From positions 844 to 64,843 of the forward strand of contig CAYOWH010000007.1 of NCBI GenBank assembly GCA_964407615.1: a stretch of DNA of 64,000 nt, in the 5' to 3' direction. The stretch comes from an uncultured Bacteriovoracaceae bacterium (GTDB taxonomy: Bacteria; Bdellovibrionota; UBA2428). Below are positions 29,535-38,862 of this stretch, piece by piece. The position numbers and the translations under genes are program-made. Under the pieces are notes generated by a model that was given only the letters and a program-made list of their open reading frames with translations, was not told the origin of the DNA and did no database searches. How positions within the stretch are numbered: the stretch's first letter is position 1; each line of letters begins with the position of its first letter.

Positions 29535-30770
29535 ATGATTCTCCATAAATTCAAGAATAAAATTATTTTCTTAGTTTTAGCACTTTCTTCGCAATTTATT
29601 TTTGCAAGTGCAGAGATAAAGCCTCCCTGCAAATGGCTTCTTGATGCCGGTTTTTTAATCAGTAAGAAATTTGATACTTCTCGCAAAGTGGAAGTCAAAT
29701 TTCGACAGGACTATCCTCTAATTGCGGATTCTTTATTGGCTTTTTCAAAAGATAGAGACACGACATTCTTTATTCTGGAGTACATCCAAGGAATTGGTAC
29801 TGGATTGTTTGATGTTCCACGGAAACCAAATTTCTCTGAAACAGTCCCTCAAACTCTCTTAGGTTCAAAGCATGTGGAAAACGTGGTGGCACCAATTTTG
29901 GTAGTTAGAGATGTCATTCAAGAATCAGAAAATAAATATAATCTATCTGATCACATGTATATTCCTCGTCCTATTTTGAATTTCTTTAAAGACAGCCTTT
30001 TAAAATCAAGTGCGATCTCGCAGTATCACATTTTAAATTTACCGCTTTCCATTTTAAGTCAACGCGATCTTAGTTTAAAGGAAAATCATATAATCATACA
30101 TGAGTTCGCTCATTTACTTTTTTATTCCAATTTATTTAATAAAAATCTTTTGGGTAGAGAGACTGTTTATAATCCTTTTGATGAACCAAGCCTCTGCCAA
30201 GATTCTCTTGATCATTATGAAAAACTTTCGTCAAGTTCAACAAATTTGTATGTTGCAAGCAGCGTACTCTCGGCACAAGTTTGTGCAGGTAGGGTTCCAT
30301 CAAAAGATTTAAAAGATACTTTAATAAATGAGGTTGTAAGCTCCTACGAAATGTCTTTGAAGATCGAAGAATTTCGAAACAAATCCATTCTTGGTGGACA
30401 TAAATTAAGTATATTTTATAAAAAACACAAAAGATACGCGGAAGTTTATTCCGATTTTGTTGCTTCAGTTATACTTCGAGATCCCAACATTGCTGTGCGT
30501 GTTTTTGATCATTCAAAGAATGATGCATTGTTAAGATGTTTTGATGTCAATTTTGAAAAACTTTTTTCAATAGAACAGCAAAGTTTTTTGGATAGAAAGT
30601 ACAGTAATAACGTTCACATACAGCTTTACAGGGAAAGATATAAATTATGGCAACATTTCTACGGCAAATTAGGAAAAAACCCCGGAGAAGATCTTGGCTA
30701 TGATGGGATTGTTCTTCGTGAGGCTTTTAAGATTCTTGCCACTTCACTGTATAAAGAAAATAACCTTTAA
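29535..30770 (+). CDS. Secreted hypothetical protein with HExxH motif (possible zincin)
   Basis: Signal peptide (IFA); IIIHEFAH; downstream EVYSD. Confidence 0.55.
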   Translation: MILHKFKNKIIFLVLALSSQFIFASAEIKPPCKWLLDAGFLISKKFDTSRKVEVKFRQDYPLIADSLLAFSKDRDTTFFILEYIQGIGTGLFDVPRKPNFSETVPQTLLGSKHVENVVAPILVVRDVIQESENKYNLSDHMYIPRPILNFFKDSLLKSSAISQYHILNLPLSILSQRDLSLKENHIIIHEFAHLLFYSNLFNKNLLGRETVYNPFDEPSLCQDSLDHYEKLSSSSTNLYVASSVLSAQVCAGRVPSKDLKDTLINEVVSSYEMSLKIEEFRNKSILGGHKLSIFYKKHKRYAEVYSDFVASVILRDPNIAVRVFDHSKNDALLRCFDVNFEKLFSIEQQSFLDRKYSNNVHIQLYRERYKLWQHFYGKLGKNPGEDLGYDGIVLREAFKILATSLYKENNL

Positions 30771-30836
30771 TTAATTGGTCGCTTTATTCGTGCTTATGAA
30801 GAGGGCTTATGATACAGTGCTTCAAAAGTAAAAATA

Positions 30837-32330
30837 ATGAATAATTTTAAAGAATTAAACCTAAGTGCCCCTCTCATGACTGCTATTGAAGGTTTGGGGT
30901 ACGAAAAGCCTAGTCCTATTCAGGCTCTTGCGCTTCCAATTTTGTTGGGTGAACCGACTGATTTTGTGGGCTTGGCTGCAACGGGCACGGGAAAGACAGC
31001 TGCGTTTGGCATTCCTCTCTTAGAAAAGTTACCTATGAGTGCCCGCGGAGTTCAGGCGATTATTCTTTGTCCAACTCGCGAGTTAGCCTTACAGGTTGCT
31101 CAGCAGCTTAATATTATAGGTAAAGCAAAAAATATTCACACTCTCCCCATTTACGGAGGTGCGAGCTACGGCGATCAGATGCATGGTCTCAAGCGAGGTG
31201 ATGCGATTGTTGTGGGAACTCCCGGTCGAGTCATCGATCATATTGAGCGAGGCACATTAAAACTCGATAAAGTTACAACTGTTATTTTGGATGAAGCTGA
31301 TGAAATGATTTCTATGGGATTTAAAGAAGATCTCGATAAAATCCTAGAATCTGTTTCAAAAGAAACAAGTAACATTTGGCTGTTTAGTGCAACCTTTAGT
31401 CGAGAAGTTCGAAGAGTGGCAGAAACTTATTTGCGAAAACCTCGTCAGGTTGAAATCAATAGAACAGAGGTTCTCTCCAATACGGTTGAGCAATTGTATT
31501 ACGTAACTCGCGAGCAAAATAAGCCCGAGATTATTTGCAAATTAATTGATGCGGCTCCTGATTTTTTTGGAATTATTTTTTGTCAGACAAAAATTTTGGT
31601 TACGGAATTGTCTCAGTATTTGAGTGATCGCGGTTACAAGGTTGATTCTCTTCATGGAGATAAGAGCCAGATTGAGCGCGAAAAAACAATGCGTGCTTTT
31701 CGTGAGCGCAAGGTAAACATGATTGTATGTACTGATGTGGCTGCTCGTGGGCTTGATGTGAAAGATGTGACTCATGTTATCAATTACTCGCTCCCTCGAG
31801 AGCTTGATAATTATGTTCATCGAATTGGTCGAACTGCAAGAAGTGGTAAATCTGGTTTTGCTTTAAATCTTGTAACACCTGCGCAGCGTGGATTGTTGGC
31901 GCTGACAGAAAGAGTTACGAAAAGCAAGATGAAGGAAGGTGTGCTTCCGACCCGTCGAGAATTAGCAGAGAAAAAATTAATTCCATTGCTTGACCAGTTT
32001 AAAGGACAGGTCAATTTTTCAAGAGCGATGGAAGTTTTGGGTTCAGAATGGAAGCAGTTTTTAGGGTCTATGTCTCCAGATGAGATTGCAGCTCGCTTTT
32101 TGTGTATGAAAATGCCTGAGCTTTTTTCGGAAGAAAGAGAAATTCCAAAAATGACTTTTTCAAATGCACGAGACTCCGAGCCTCGAGATAGAAATCGAGG
32201 AGGAAGAGATCGTCGTCGTTCTCAGCATCGCAGTGGTGGCGGTGGCGGTAACGGGCGTTTTAGAGGGCGAGATAATCGAGGCGGAGGCGAGGGTAATCGT
32301 CGTTTTGGAGAAAACCATCGTTTTTCATAA
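30837..32330 (+). CDS. DEAD-box RNA helicase
   Basis: Q motif, ATGTGKT, PTRELA, DEAD, SAT, ARGLD, HRIGRT; Arg/Gly-rich tail. Confidence 0.94.
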   Translation: MNNFKELNLSAPLMTAIEGLGYEKPSPIQALALPILLGEPTDFVGLAATGTGKTAAFGIPLLEKLPMSARGVQAIILCPTRELALQVAQQLNIIGKAKNIHTLPIYGGASYGDQMHGLKRGDAIVVGTPGRVIDHIERGTLKLDKVTTVILDEADEMISMGFKEDLDKILESVSKETSNIWLFSATFSREVRRVAETYLRKPRQVEINRTEVLSNTVEQLYYVTREQNKPEIICKLIDAAPDFFGIIFCQTKILVTELSQYLSDRGYKVDSLHGDKSQIEREKTMRAFRERKVNMIVCTDVAARGLDVKDVTHVINYSLPRELDNYVHRIGRTARSGKSGFALNLVTPAQRGLLALTERVTKSKMKEGVLPTRRELAEKKLIPLLDQFKGQVNFSRAMEVLGSEWKQFLGSMSPDEIAARFLCMKMPELFSEEREIPKMTFSNARDSEPRDRNRGGRDRRRSQHRSGGGGGNGRFRGRDNRGGGEGNRRFGENHRFS

Positions 32331-33335
32331 GGATCTTCTCATTAGTAAATTTTTGACAAGGTTTTTTGTGTAAAGAATTATTGTATTCTTCATCATAAAA
32401 AATTTACCAAATCCAATCTTATAAAGAAAAAATCTGAGACGAAGTGAGAAGCTATCTCCTAATCTTAAAAGGAGATTTTTTATTTCTTGTTTTTCAGCAA
32501 TTGATAGATACCTATTTTCTACAAGAGCTATTGAGAAGAGGATTGCGTGAACTTTTCTTTTTTCGTTGACCACTTGAATATCCCAATTTCTTTTTTTAAA
32601 AGCAGGGATTATAGATTCTTCAAATATTCTGCACAATCCTTCTATTTGTATTTTAGAATTGTGTCTTTGCTGCCGATAGTTGGTCCATGATCTGTATTGG
32701 CATAAAATTGATTTGATATGCACGTTTCCAAAGCCTAAGTCGGCTAGTCTTACGGTAAGATCATAATCTTCTCCGAACGACGGACGGTTTTTAAAAAAAT
32801 TAGCTTTTTGTAATGCTTTTTTTTTGAATAGAATCATTGAACAAGTAGTTTTTAATCCGGTTATGGACTCCTTGAGAGCTTTTTCGGAATCTAAAAATTC
32901 AATATTTCTAAATAATTTTCTTTTAGAAGTAACTAGCCCCTTTTTATCTATTATTTCACATTGCGCATGCGCATATCCTGCATCGGGATATTGATGAAGC
33001 TTTGGCACAAGAGTTAAAAGAAATTCTTCTTTTAGGACATCATCTGAATCTAAGTTAACAACAAATTCAGTATCTGGTTGTGATAGCACCCAACTTCTAT
33101 TTTCTGCAATTCCGATATTTTTCGGCTGTTTGTAATAATGTATACGCTTGTCCTTGCTGCAGAGTTTTTTCATAACTTCATCTGTATTATCGGTGCTCGC
33201 ATCATTTGATACCCAAACTTCTACTTCAAATGGCCCAATTTGATTGAGGGCACTCATAATAGAAGCCTCTATAAACTGGGCTTGATTGTAAGTTGGAATA
33301 CAAACTCCAACTTTTTCTTTTTTTTGATTAACCAT
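32325..33335 (-). CDS. GT2 family glycosyltransferase
   Basis: IPTYNQ, NDASTD, LDSDD, EDYDL motifs. Confidence 0.88.
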   Translation of the reverse strand: MVNQKKEKVGVCIPTYNQAQFIEASIMSALNQIGPFEVEVWVSNDASTDNTDEVMKKLCSKDKRIHYYKQPKNIGIAENRSWVLSQPDTEFVVNLDSDDVLKEEFLLTLVPKLHQYPDAGYAHAQCEIIDKKGLVTSKRKLFRNIEFLDSEKALKESITGLKTTCSMILFKKKALQKANFFKNRPSFGEDYDLTVRLADLGFGNVHIKSILCQYRSWTNYRQQRHNSKIQIEGLCRIFEESIIPAFKKRNWDIQVVNEKRKVHAILFSIALVENRYLSIAEKQEIKNLLLRLGDSFSLRLRFFLYKIGFGKFFMMKNTIILYTKNLVKNLLMRRSL

Positions 33336-33575
33336 TAGTAAAGTTTATTATTTTTAAAAGTTTTTTGTTCAAATTTAGGTCATTTTTTTGATTTAAAAAG
33401 TAAAAGAGACAAGATGAGGTTTGCAAATGAGTCAAGGTTGCCTTCAAAAATGAATAGATTTGTTACTTAGATATAAAACCTTCAATGACTAGTTTTAAAT
33501 CAAAATTGATCGTTTTTAACTGTAGAAGTTTTAGTCAGAGTGCGCGCACTTTGCTTACAACACATTTCTGCAAAC

Positions 33576-33584
33576 TGGTATAAT
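33576..33584 (+). promoter_or_regulatory. Extended -10 promoter element
   Basis: TG-G-TATAAT, 20 nt before ATG 33605. Confidence 0.45.
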
Positions 33585-33604
33585 AACTGGCCGGTAAAGT
33601 AGAA

Positions 33605-34942
33605 ATGAAAAATACAAACAGATTTCTTTTTTCGTTGGTCGTGTTTTTGGGGTTTGCTCCAACTCGATCTTTTGCGAATGAAGATGCTTTGTTTTTTCAA
33701 AAAGCTCGAAGGGTGTTAAAAGAGTCTGCTAAACTTTATGATAATCAAGGTGTCTCACTTGGCCTAAGCGGTTCAGGTGTTGCAGGTGCAGGTATATCTA
33801 TTGATGCTGTAAATTTTGACGGAAAAGTTGCTTTCTTTTGTTCTTCAAATGCAAGCTTGAAAGTAGAAAACACTGTTGGTTTTTCTAGTGATATTAGCTA
33901 CATTTCAACTCGAGGATGTAGGGTTCCAGGAGACTATGAGGGGCTCTTTGTATCGATGACTGGATATGGAGGTTTAGCTGCATTGGGCAAGGTGTCGGTT
34001 GGGGGATCTGTTTCTTACGGGTTTAATTTTGCATCACTTTTGGATACCCTTAAAAATAATTTTGTAAACAATCCCAAAAACTTTCTCGCTTTGTTAATCG
34101 AAATTCAAAGAGTAGCTACTTGTTTGCAGTCAGACGCCGGTTCAAAAATGATCAAGTTTTTTCTTCATGTCATTTTGAAGAATTTAGAAAATTTAGAAAA
34201 ACGCGTTACTGATCCTATACTTAAAAGTGAAATCTCTATTGAGATTTCAAGGACAAAGAAGATTTTAAATAATGAAGTTTTTATTTCTTCATGTGGATTT
34301 GAAAAGGTTTCAGAAAATCTAAGCAAGTCAAAAATGCAATATCTTCAGTATACCTTGGAGTCTATTCAAGACTTTAAAACGTATGCTTCTTTTTTACCTA
34401 CCAAAAAGCAATTAGCTTTAATTGTTGATCAAACAATTGATGCACAAAGCTTTCCATTTTTAAGACAGCTTTTATTTAATATTTTTAGAAATGATATGAG
34501 TGGGTGTGATTCGCTGAGTGCTTTTTATAGTCAAGGTATTGGGGGAAGTGTTCCCTTGTTGGGGCTTCCGGCAAGTTTAGGTGTCGGTGTTGGATTATCA
34601 CATTATAAAAAGATAGGGCCTACTCTAAATGTAAGAGAATTAAGCGAAAACGTTATTGATCGTTACGTGCAAAATAATGGATTGAAAAATTTAGCCATTG
34701 ATTTAAATGGCTATGCTCGTGTTTGTACGGCTGCTGGTAAGTGTGTTTGGAAGGCAGCTTGTATGATGACTGATCGCGAAGGATTTGCTTATGGTGTTAA
34801 GAAAATTAAAAGTGTTTGTAGCGAGTCTGTTAAAAATACCGTTGCCTTCTTAAATGGCATGTATGAGTGTTTCAAGTACAACTTTGAAGAGTTGACCTTG
34901 AGACCTTATGAGATTTTATCGAAAGTTGGAAGTGAACCATGA
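33605..34942 (+). CDS. Secreted hypothetical protein, Gly- and Cys-rich
   Basis: Signal peptide (SFA); 445 aa ORF; no family recognised. Confidence 0.72.
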   Translation: MKNTNRFLFSLVVFLGFAPTRSFANEDALFFQKARRVLKESAKLYDNQGVSLGLSGSGVAGAGISIDAVNFDGKVAFFCSSNASLKVENTVGFSSDISYISTRGCRVPGDYEGLFVSMTGYGGLAALGKVSVGGSVSYGFNFASLLDTLKNNFVNNPKNFLALLIEIQRVATCLQSDAGSKMIKFFLHVILKNLENLEKRVTDPILKSEISIEISRTKKILNNEVFISSCGFEKVSENLSKSKMQYLQYTLESIQDFKTYASFLPTKKQLALIVDQTIDAQSFPFLRQLLFNIFRNDMSGCDSLSAFYSQGIGGSVPLLGLPASLGVGVGLSHYKKIGPTLNVRELSENVIDRYVQNNGLKNLAIDLNGYARVCTAAGKCVWKAACMMTDREGFAYGVKKIKSVCSESVKNTVAFLNGMYECFKYNFEELTLRPYEILSKVGSEP

Positions 34943-35760
34943 AAAATAAGTTTTTAATAATTTTATTGTCTTTGTTTTTTTGGAGTTTCTCAAAGGCACA
35001 GGTGAGTACTTTTCATAATGCCCTTGTTGATTTTCATTCAAAAATTAAAGGCTTGGAAAAATCTACAAAGCTTCCTTCGACATATAGAGAGTTTACTTCT
35101 TTTTATTCTCAAGATTCTCATTCTGTTTTTATTTCTTTGAGGGACTCGTGGTTGAAGCTTTTGATGGCAATGCCTGATGCTTTAACTTCAGAGGAATCTA
35201 GCTTGGTTGCTGATTTTTCTGAAAATAAGTTTCTTCAGCAGCTGACGCTCGAAGAGCTCACATATTATTCATTTATATATGAGTCATGGACAAATGTGGA
35301 ATGTCTTGCAAAAGTTCGTCCTTTTATGAAAGGTGCCTTAAAGGTTTTTGGGACTCGAGGAGCTCCTTTTGGATTATCCACAAACGCATCTCTTTTAACA
35401 GCTACGTATTTGAGTTTTAAGCCTTCTTCTAAGATTTATTCAAAGTCGATACATGCGTGTTTGAATTTGCAAGGTGAGCAGTCTCTTGTGTCTTTTCTAC
35501 AAATATCAAAAGACTTGGTTCTTATTGAGTCTTCTAAGGAAACTCCTGTTGTATTGAATTCTGAGCTTGTACGTGGCCGCTATAAAACTTTATTAAAGAA
35601 CCCTTTGTCTTTAGAAGAAAAGGCCGTTGAGTTGGATATTTATAACCAAGGTCTTGGAGATAATTTGGTAAATTACAATATATGCTTTCCCTCTAGCCCG
35701 GGTCTTGAGGATAGATGTTTTAACGCTTTTGGAAAAACTTGTTCTTCTAGAAGAAATTAA
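34939..35760 (+). CDS. Secreted hypothetical protein
   Basis: Signal peptide (SKA); ATGA overlap with the previous gene. Confidence 0.72.
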   Translation: MKNKFLIILLSLFFWSFSKAQVSTFHNALVDFHSKIKGLEKSTKLPSTYREFTSFYSQDSHSVFISLRDSWLKLLMAMPDALTSEESSLVADFSENKFLQQLTLEELTYYSFIYESWTNVECLAKVRPFMKGALKVFGTRGAPFGLSTNASLLTATYLSFKPSSKIYSKSIHACLNLQGEQSLVSFLQISKDLVLIESSKETPVVLNSELVRGRYKTLLKNPLSLEEKAVELDIYNQGLGDNLVNYNICFPSSPGLEDRCFNAFGKTCSSRRN

Positions 35761-35822
35761 AAAATAAAGCTTAAATTTATCTGTTTAATTTTTAAAATAG
35801 TGGCAAAATAATCTTCTAGGGA

Positions 35823-36389
35823 ATGCTTATTTTGAAAAAAGTTAATTTAGCAAAATTCAAGTTAGAACCATTTAGTTGGGGTAGGCCTCCTTTTTTTCGT
35901 TTAGTGTGGCATGTCGTAAATCTTTTCATACTAAGAAATCCGCTCGTTGTTTTTTCATTTGTTAGAAAATTTTTCCTTTTTTTGTTTGGTGCTAGGGTTG
36001 GTAGTGGATGTATCCTGAGACATGCTCTATCCGTAAAATGTCCTTGGTTTCTAGAAGTGGGTGATAATGTTTGGTTCGGTGAAGGTGTTTGGGTTGATAA
36101 TTTAACCCATGTGAAAATTTCTTCAAACGTTTGTATTTCACAAGGAGCTTATTTGTGTACGGGAAATCATGATTGGTCAAAAGAAGATTTTCCGATGATG
36201 GTTGCTCCTATTGTTGTTCACGAGGGTGTTTGGATTGGTGCTCGATCTAATATTGGTCCTGGAAGCGTTTTAGAAGAAAATAGTATTATTACGTTAGGAG
36301 TGGCTTTTACTGGAGTTGCCAAATCGAATTCTATCTATTCTTACGCGTCTCAAAATTACTGCATCAAAGAAAGAAAGTTTAAATCTTAA
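35823..36389 (+). CDS. WcaF-like hexapeptide-repeat O-acetyltransferase
   Basis: FGARVG, VKCPWFLEVGDNVWFGE, ISQGAYLCTGNHD. Confidence 0.85.
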   Translation: MLILKKVNLAKFKLEPFSWGRPPFFRLVWHVVNLFILRNPLVVFSFVRKFFLFLFGARVGSGCILRHALSVKCPWFLEVGDNVWFGEGVWVDNLTHVKISSNVCISQGAYLCTGNHDWSKEDFPMMVAPIVVHEGVWIGARSNIGPGSVLEENSIITLGVAFTGVAKSNSIYSYASQNYCIKERKFKS

Positions 36390-37669
36390 ATCTTCACTTG
36401 TAAAAATTCGCTGGCGCGTGTGGTGTAGGCGGGTGTTTTCATTTGGCTTAGCATTTTCCAGAATTGGTGAATCCCGCAGGCGGCAAATTTCACAGTGTTT
36501 TTTCCTTCTCGTTGATTAATCCCATCTATTGTATGCATCAGTTTTATTTCCTGAGGAGTGTCGAAGTTGCTAAAAAAGTCTAATTGGGAGCTTCCTTGAG
36601 GATGAATTGCAGATAAGATAATGCCTGCTTTTTTATATTCAAAACCTTTTTTGTAGATAGATGAAAGCAATTCAAAAGCTTTGTGGATTAATTTATTTGT
36701 CACAGATGTGCTCGATAAAAGAGTGGCGTGAGCAGAATTAAAATATTGGGGATTGTTTTTAAAAGGGTTAGTTTGAATAAATACCGCGAGGCTTTGTGTG
36801 CAGGATTTTTGTCTTCTTAACTTCTCACAAGCGTTTGTGACATGATTAGCGATAGATTCTTGTAATTCTTGGAGAGTTGTTACCGGGCGGCCAAAAGAGC
36901 GAGAGGAAATGATTTGTTTTTTATTTTTAATATCTTCTAAATCAAGACGGGATTCTCCACGCAGTTCTTGCAAAATGCGACGACCAACAACGGTTAAAAG
37001 TTTTTGAATAAATTGCTCATTTGCATTTCGCAGATCCCATGCTGTTTTAATGTTGTAGTTTAAAAGTTTCTGCGAAGATTTTCGCCCAATGCCCCAAATA
37101 TCCTCAACAGGAAAAGAGCGAAGAATTTTTTCTTGGATCAGGGGATCTCTGATGTCAAAAACTCCTTTACTTGAATTTTTGTTTTTTTTAGAAATTTTAT
37201 TTGCAGCTTTTGCTAGAACTTTTGTAGGTCCAATACCAATCGAAACAGGAATACCCGTGTCTTGGTAAACTTTTTCTTTGATCTGTAGAGCGTATTCACT
37301 GAGGTTTCTTCGTTCAAATCCTTTAAGAGATAAGAAGGCTTCGTCGATTGAATAAACTTCCATATCTGGAGAAAAGAGCGCTAGCGTTTGCATAACTCTA
37401 CGGCTCATATCACCGTAGAGTGAGTAATTTGAAGAAAAAACTTTCACGTCGTATTTTTTGACAAGGTCTTTAATTTTAAAAAAAGGATCACCCATTTTGA
37501 TACCGAGTGCTTTAGCTTCGTCGCTACGCGCGACAGCGCATCCATCGTTGTTCGAGAGAACGATCACAGGTTTATTCTGGATTTTGGGTTGAAAAACTCG
37601 TTCGCAAGAGCAGTAAAAAGAATTACAGTCGACAAGAGCAAAAATTTTATCGGAAGCTGTGGATGGCAT
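36386..37669 (-). CDS. umuC: Y-family DNA polymerase V subunit
   Basis: VDCNSFYCSCE, VLSNNDGC, SSNYSLYGDMS, YSIDEAF. Confidence 0.93.
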   Translation of the reverse strand: MPSTASDKIFALVDCNSFYCSCERVFQPKIQNKPVIVLSNNDGCAVARSDEAKALGIKMGDPFFKIKDLVKKYDVKVFSSNYSLYGDMSRRVMQTLALFSPDMEVYSIDEAFLSLKGFERRNLSEYALQIKEKVYQDTGIPVSIGIGPTKVLAKAANKISKKNKNSSKGVFDIRDPLIQEKILRSFPVEDIWGIGRKSSQKLLNYNIKTAWDLRNANEQFIQKLLTVVGRRILQELRGESRLDLEDIKNKKQIISSRSFGRPVTTLQELQESIANHVTNACEKLRRQKSCTQSLAVFIQTNPFKNNPQYFNSAHATLLSSTSVTNKLIHKAFELLSSIYKKGFEYKKAGIILSAIHPQGSSQLDFFSNFDTPQEIKLMHTIDGINQREGKNTVKFAACGIHQFWKMLSQMKTPAYTTRASEFLQVKI

Positions 37670-38072
37670 GCACGACTACTCCCCAGACTTCAAATGACAT
37701 GGAGTTTTTTATTTCGAGGGGTTTGTATTCAGAGTTTTCGGCAAGAAGGAAAGTTTGGTTTTTTTTGAAGTGCAGACGCTTGACGGTAAATTCACCATCG
37801 ACCACGGCAAGAATGATAGATCCTTCAGAAGCTTTAAGAGAGCGGTCGATGATGAGAAGATCGCCGTTGAGAATGCCCGCATCTTTCATGCTGTGACCGC
37901 TGACGCGAATAAAAAAAGTAGAGCTTTTGTTTTTGATTAATAAATCGTCGAGCTTGATATCGCGATCAAGGTATTCATCAGCAGGGCTGGGAAAACCCGC
38001 AGGAACAAGCGATAAAAAAAGTGGGCAGCCCTCGTGGGATTTTGTGGATTGCCCGGTTTCTGAGGTAGACAT
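37647..38072 (-). CDS. umuD: UmuD, S24 autopeptidase
   Basis: VPAGFPSP Ala-Gly cleavage site, GHSM (Ser), FTVKRL (Lys); ATG 38072 lies downstream of a good promoter. Confidence 0.9.
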   Translation of the reverse strand: MSTSETGQSTKSHEGCPLFLSLVPAGFPSPADEYLDRDIKLDDLLIKNKSSTFFIRVSGHSMKDAGILNGDLLIIDRSLKASEGSIILAVVDGEFTVKRLHFKKNQTFLLAENSEYKPLEIKNSMSFEVWGVVVHAIHSFR

Positions 38073-38080
38073 CTCCTCTA

Positions 38081-38109
38081 AATATAGACATCCATACAAT
38101 TGTATGCAA
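38081..38109 (-). promoter_or_regulatory. Sigma70-type promoter of umuDC with overlapping palindromic operator
   Basis: Minus strand TTGCAT-N17-TATATT; perfect palindrome CATACAATTGTATG at 38093-38106. Confidence 0.65.
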
Positions 38110-38121
38110 TGCTTGTTTTTT

Positions 38122-38364
38122 GTGAGCATAAACACTCAAAGTCAATCCTCTGTCGTAGTGGGCGGTATCTATGAGCACTACAAAGGAAAGCAGTATAAAG
38201 TGCACGCTCTTGTTCGGCATAGCGAAAGCCTTGAAATGCTTGTTTTGTACGAAGCGCTTTATGAAAATGAACTCGGAAAACTCTGGGTACGTCCTGAGGA
38301 AATGTTTCTTGAATCGGTTGTGGTTGAAGGAAAGCCAGTGTCGAGATTTAAGCTTCTGTCATAA
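38122..38364 (+). CDS. DUF1653 domain protein
   Basis: GIYEHYKGKQY, HSESLE, LYEALY, WVRPEEMFLE, RF motifs; start uncertain (GTG 38122). Confidence 0.8.
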   Translation: MSINTQSQSSVVVGGIYEHYKGKQYKVHALVRHSESLEMLVLYEALYENELGKLWVRPEEMFLESVVVEGKPVSRFKLLS

Positions 38365-38370
38365 GATCAG

Positions 38371-38601
38371 CTATAGGGTTAAGTCGATTTGCCTGCGAGC
38401 TCTTTTGTGCTTTGGGATAAATAATTCTTCATTACTTTGGAGATTTTTTGAAATTTCTTTAAGTTCATCCCAAAGAATTGAGCCAGTTTGTGATTTATAG
38501 GGACTGACAAGATAAAGGTTTTGTTCTGCACGAGTTATAGCTACGTACATGATTCTTCTTTCTTCAGCAAAAGGGAATTTTTCACTTTTAGATTTAACCA
38601 T
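38371..38601 (-). pseudogene. C-terminal fragment of a UvrD/HelD-like SF1 helicase
   Basis: FPFAEERRIMYVAITRAEQNLYL (motif VI); in-frame stop just upstream at 38614-38616, rest of gene absent. Confidence 0.8.
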
Positions 38602-38796
38602 GCTTATATTTTGTCAAAACATAGAGCTAAAGGTTTAGCTAAGTTAATGCTTAGTTTCGTAATTACCCAATTAATAAAAGAGTTTTCTTGTTTGACATAT
38701 ATTGTTTCAGAAAAAAACCTTTCTTCAATTAAGCTGGCCGAGTCTTTAGGTTTTAAAAAAAAGATTGATTTGGCTGACGTTCAGATTATGGGATGA
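38575..38796 (+). pseudogene. C-terminal fragment of a GNAT acetyltransferase
   Basis: YILSKHRAKGLAKLML (motif A) and NLSSIKLAESLGF (motif B); N-terminal half absent. Confidence 0.65.
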
Positions 38797-38862
38797 TTCC
38801 TTTATTCGATCTGATCTTTGGATTAGAGTTTTACAGGTTCTATAAAGGGTATTGTTCAAGGT

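Noticed and set aside
37927-38121. Long N-terminal extension of the DUF1653 ORF, and the 38135 start for umuD
   Set aside because: The extensions overlap the opposite gene and its promoter; family motifs start later.
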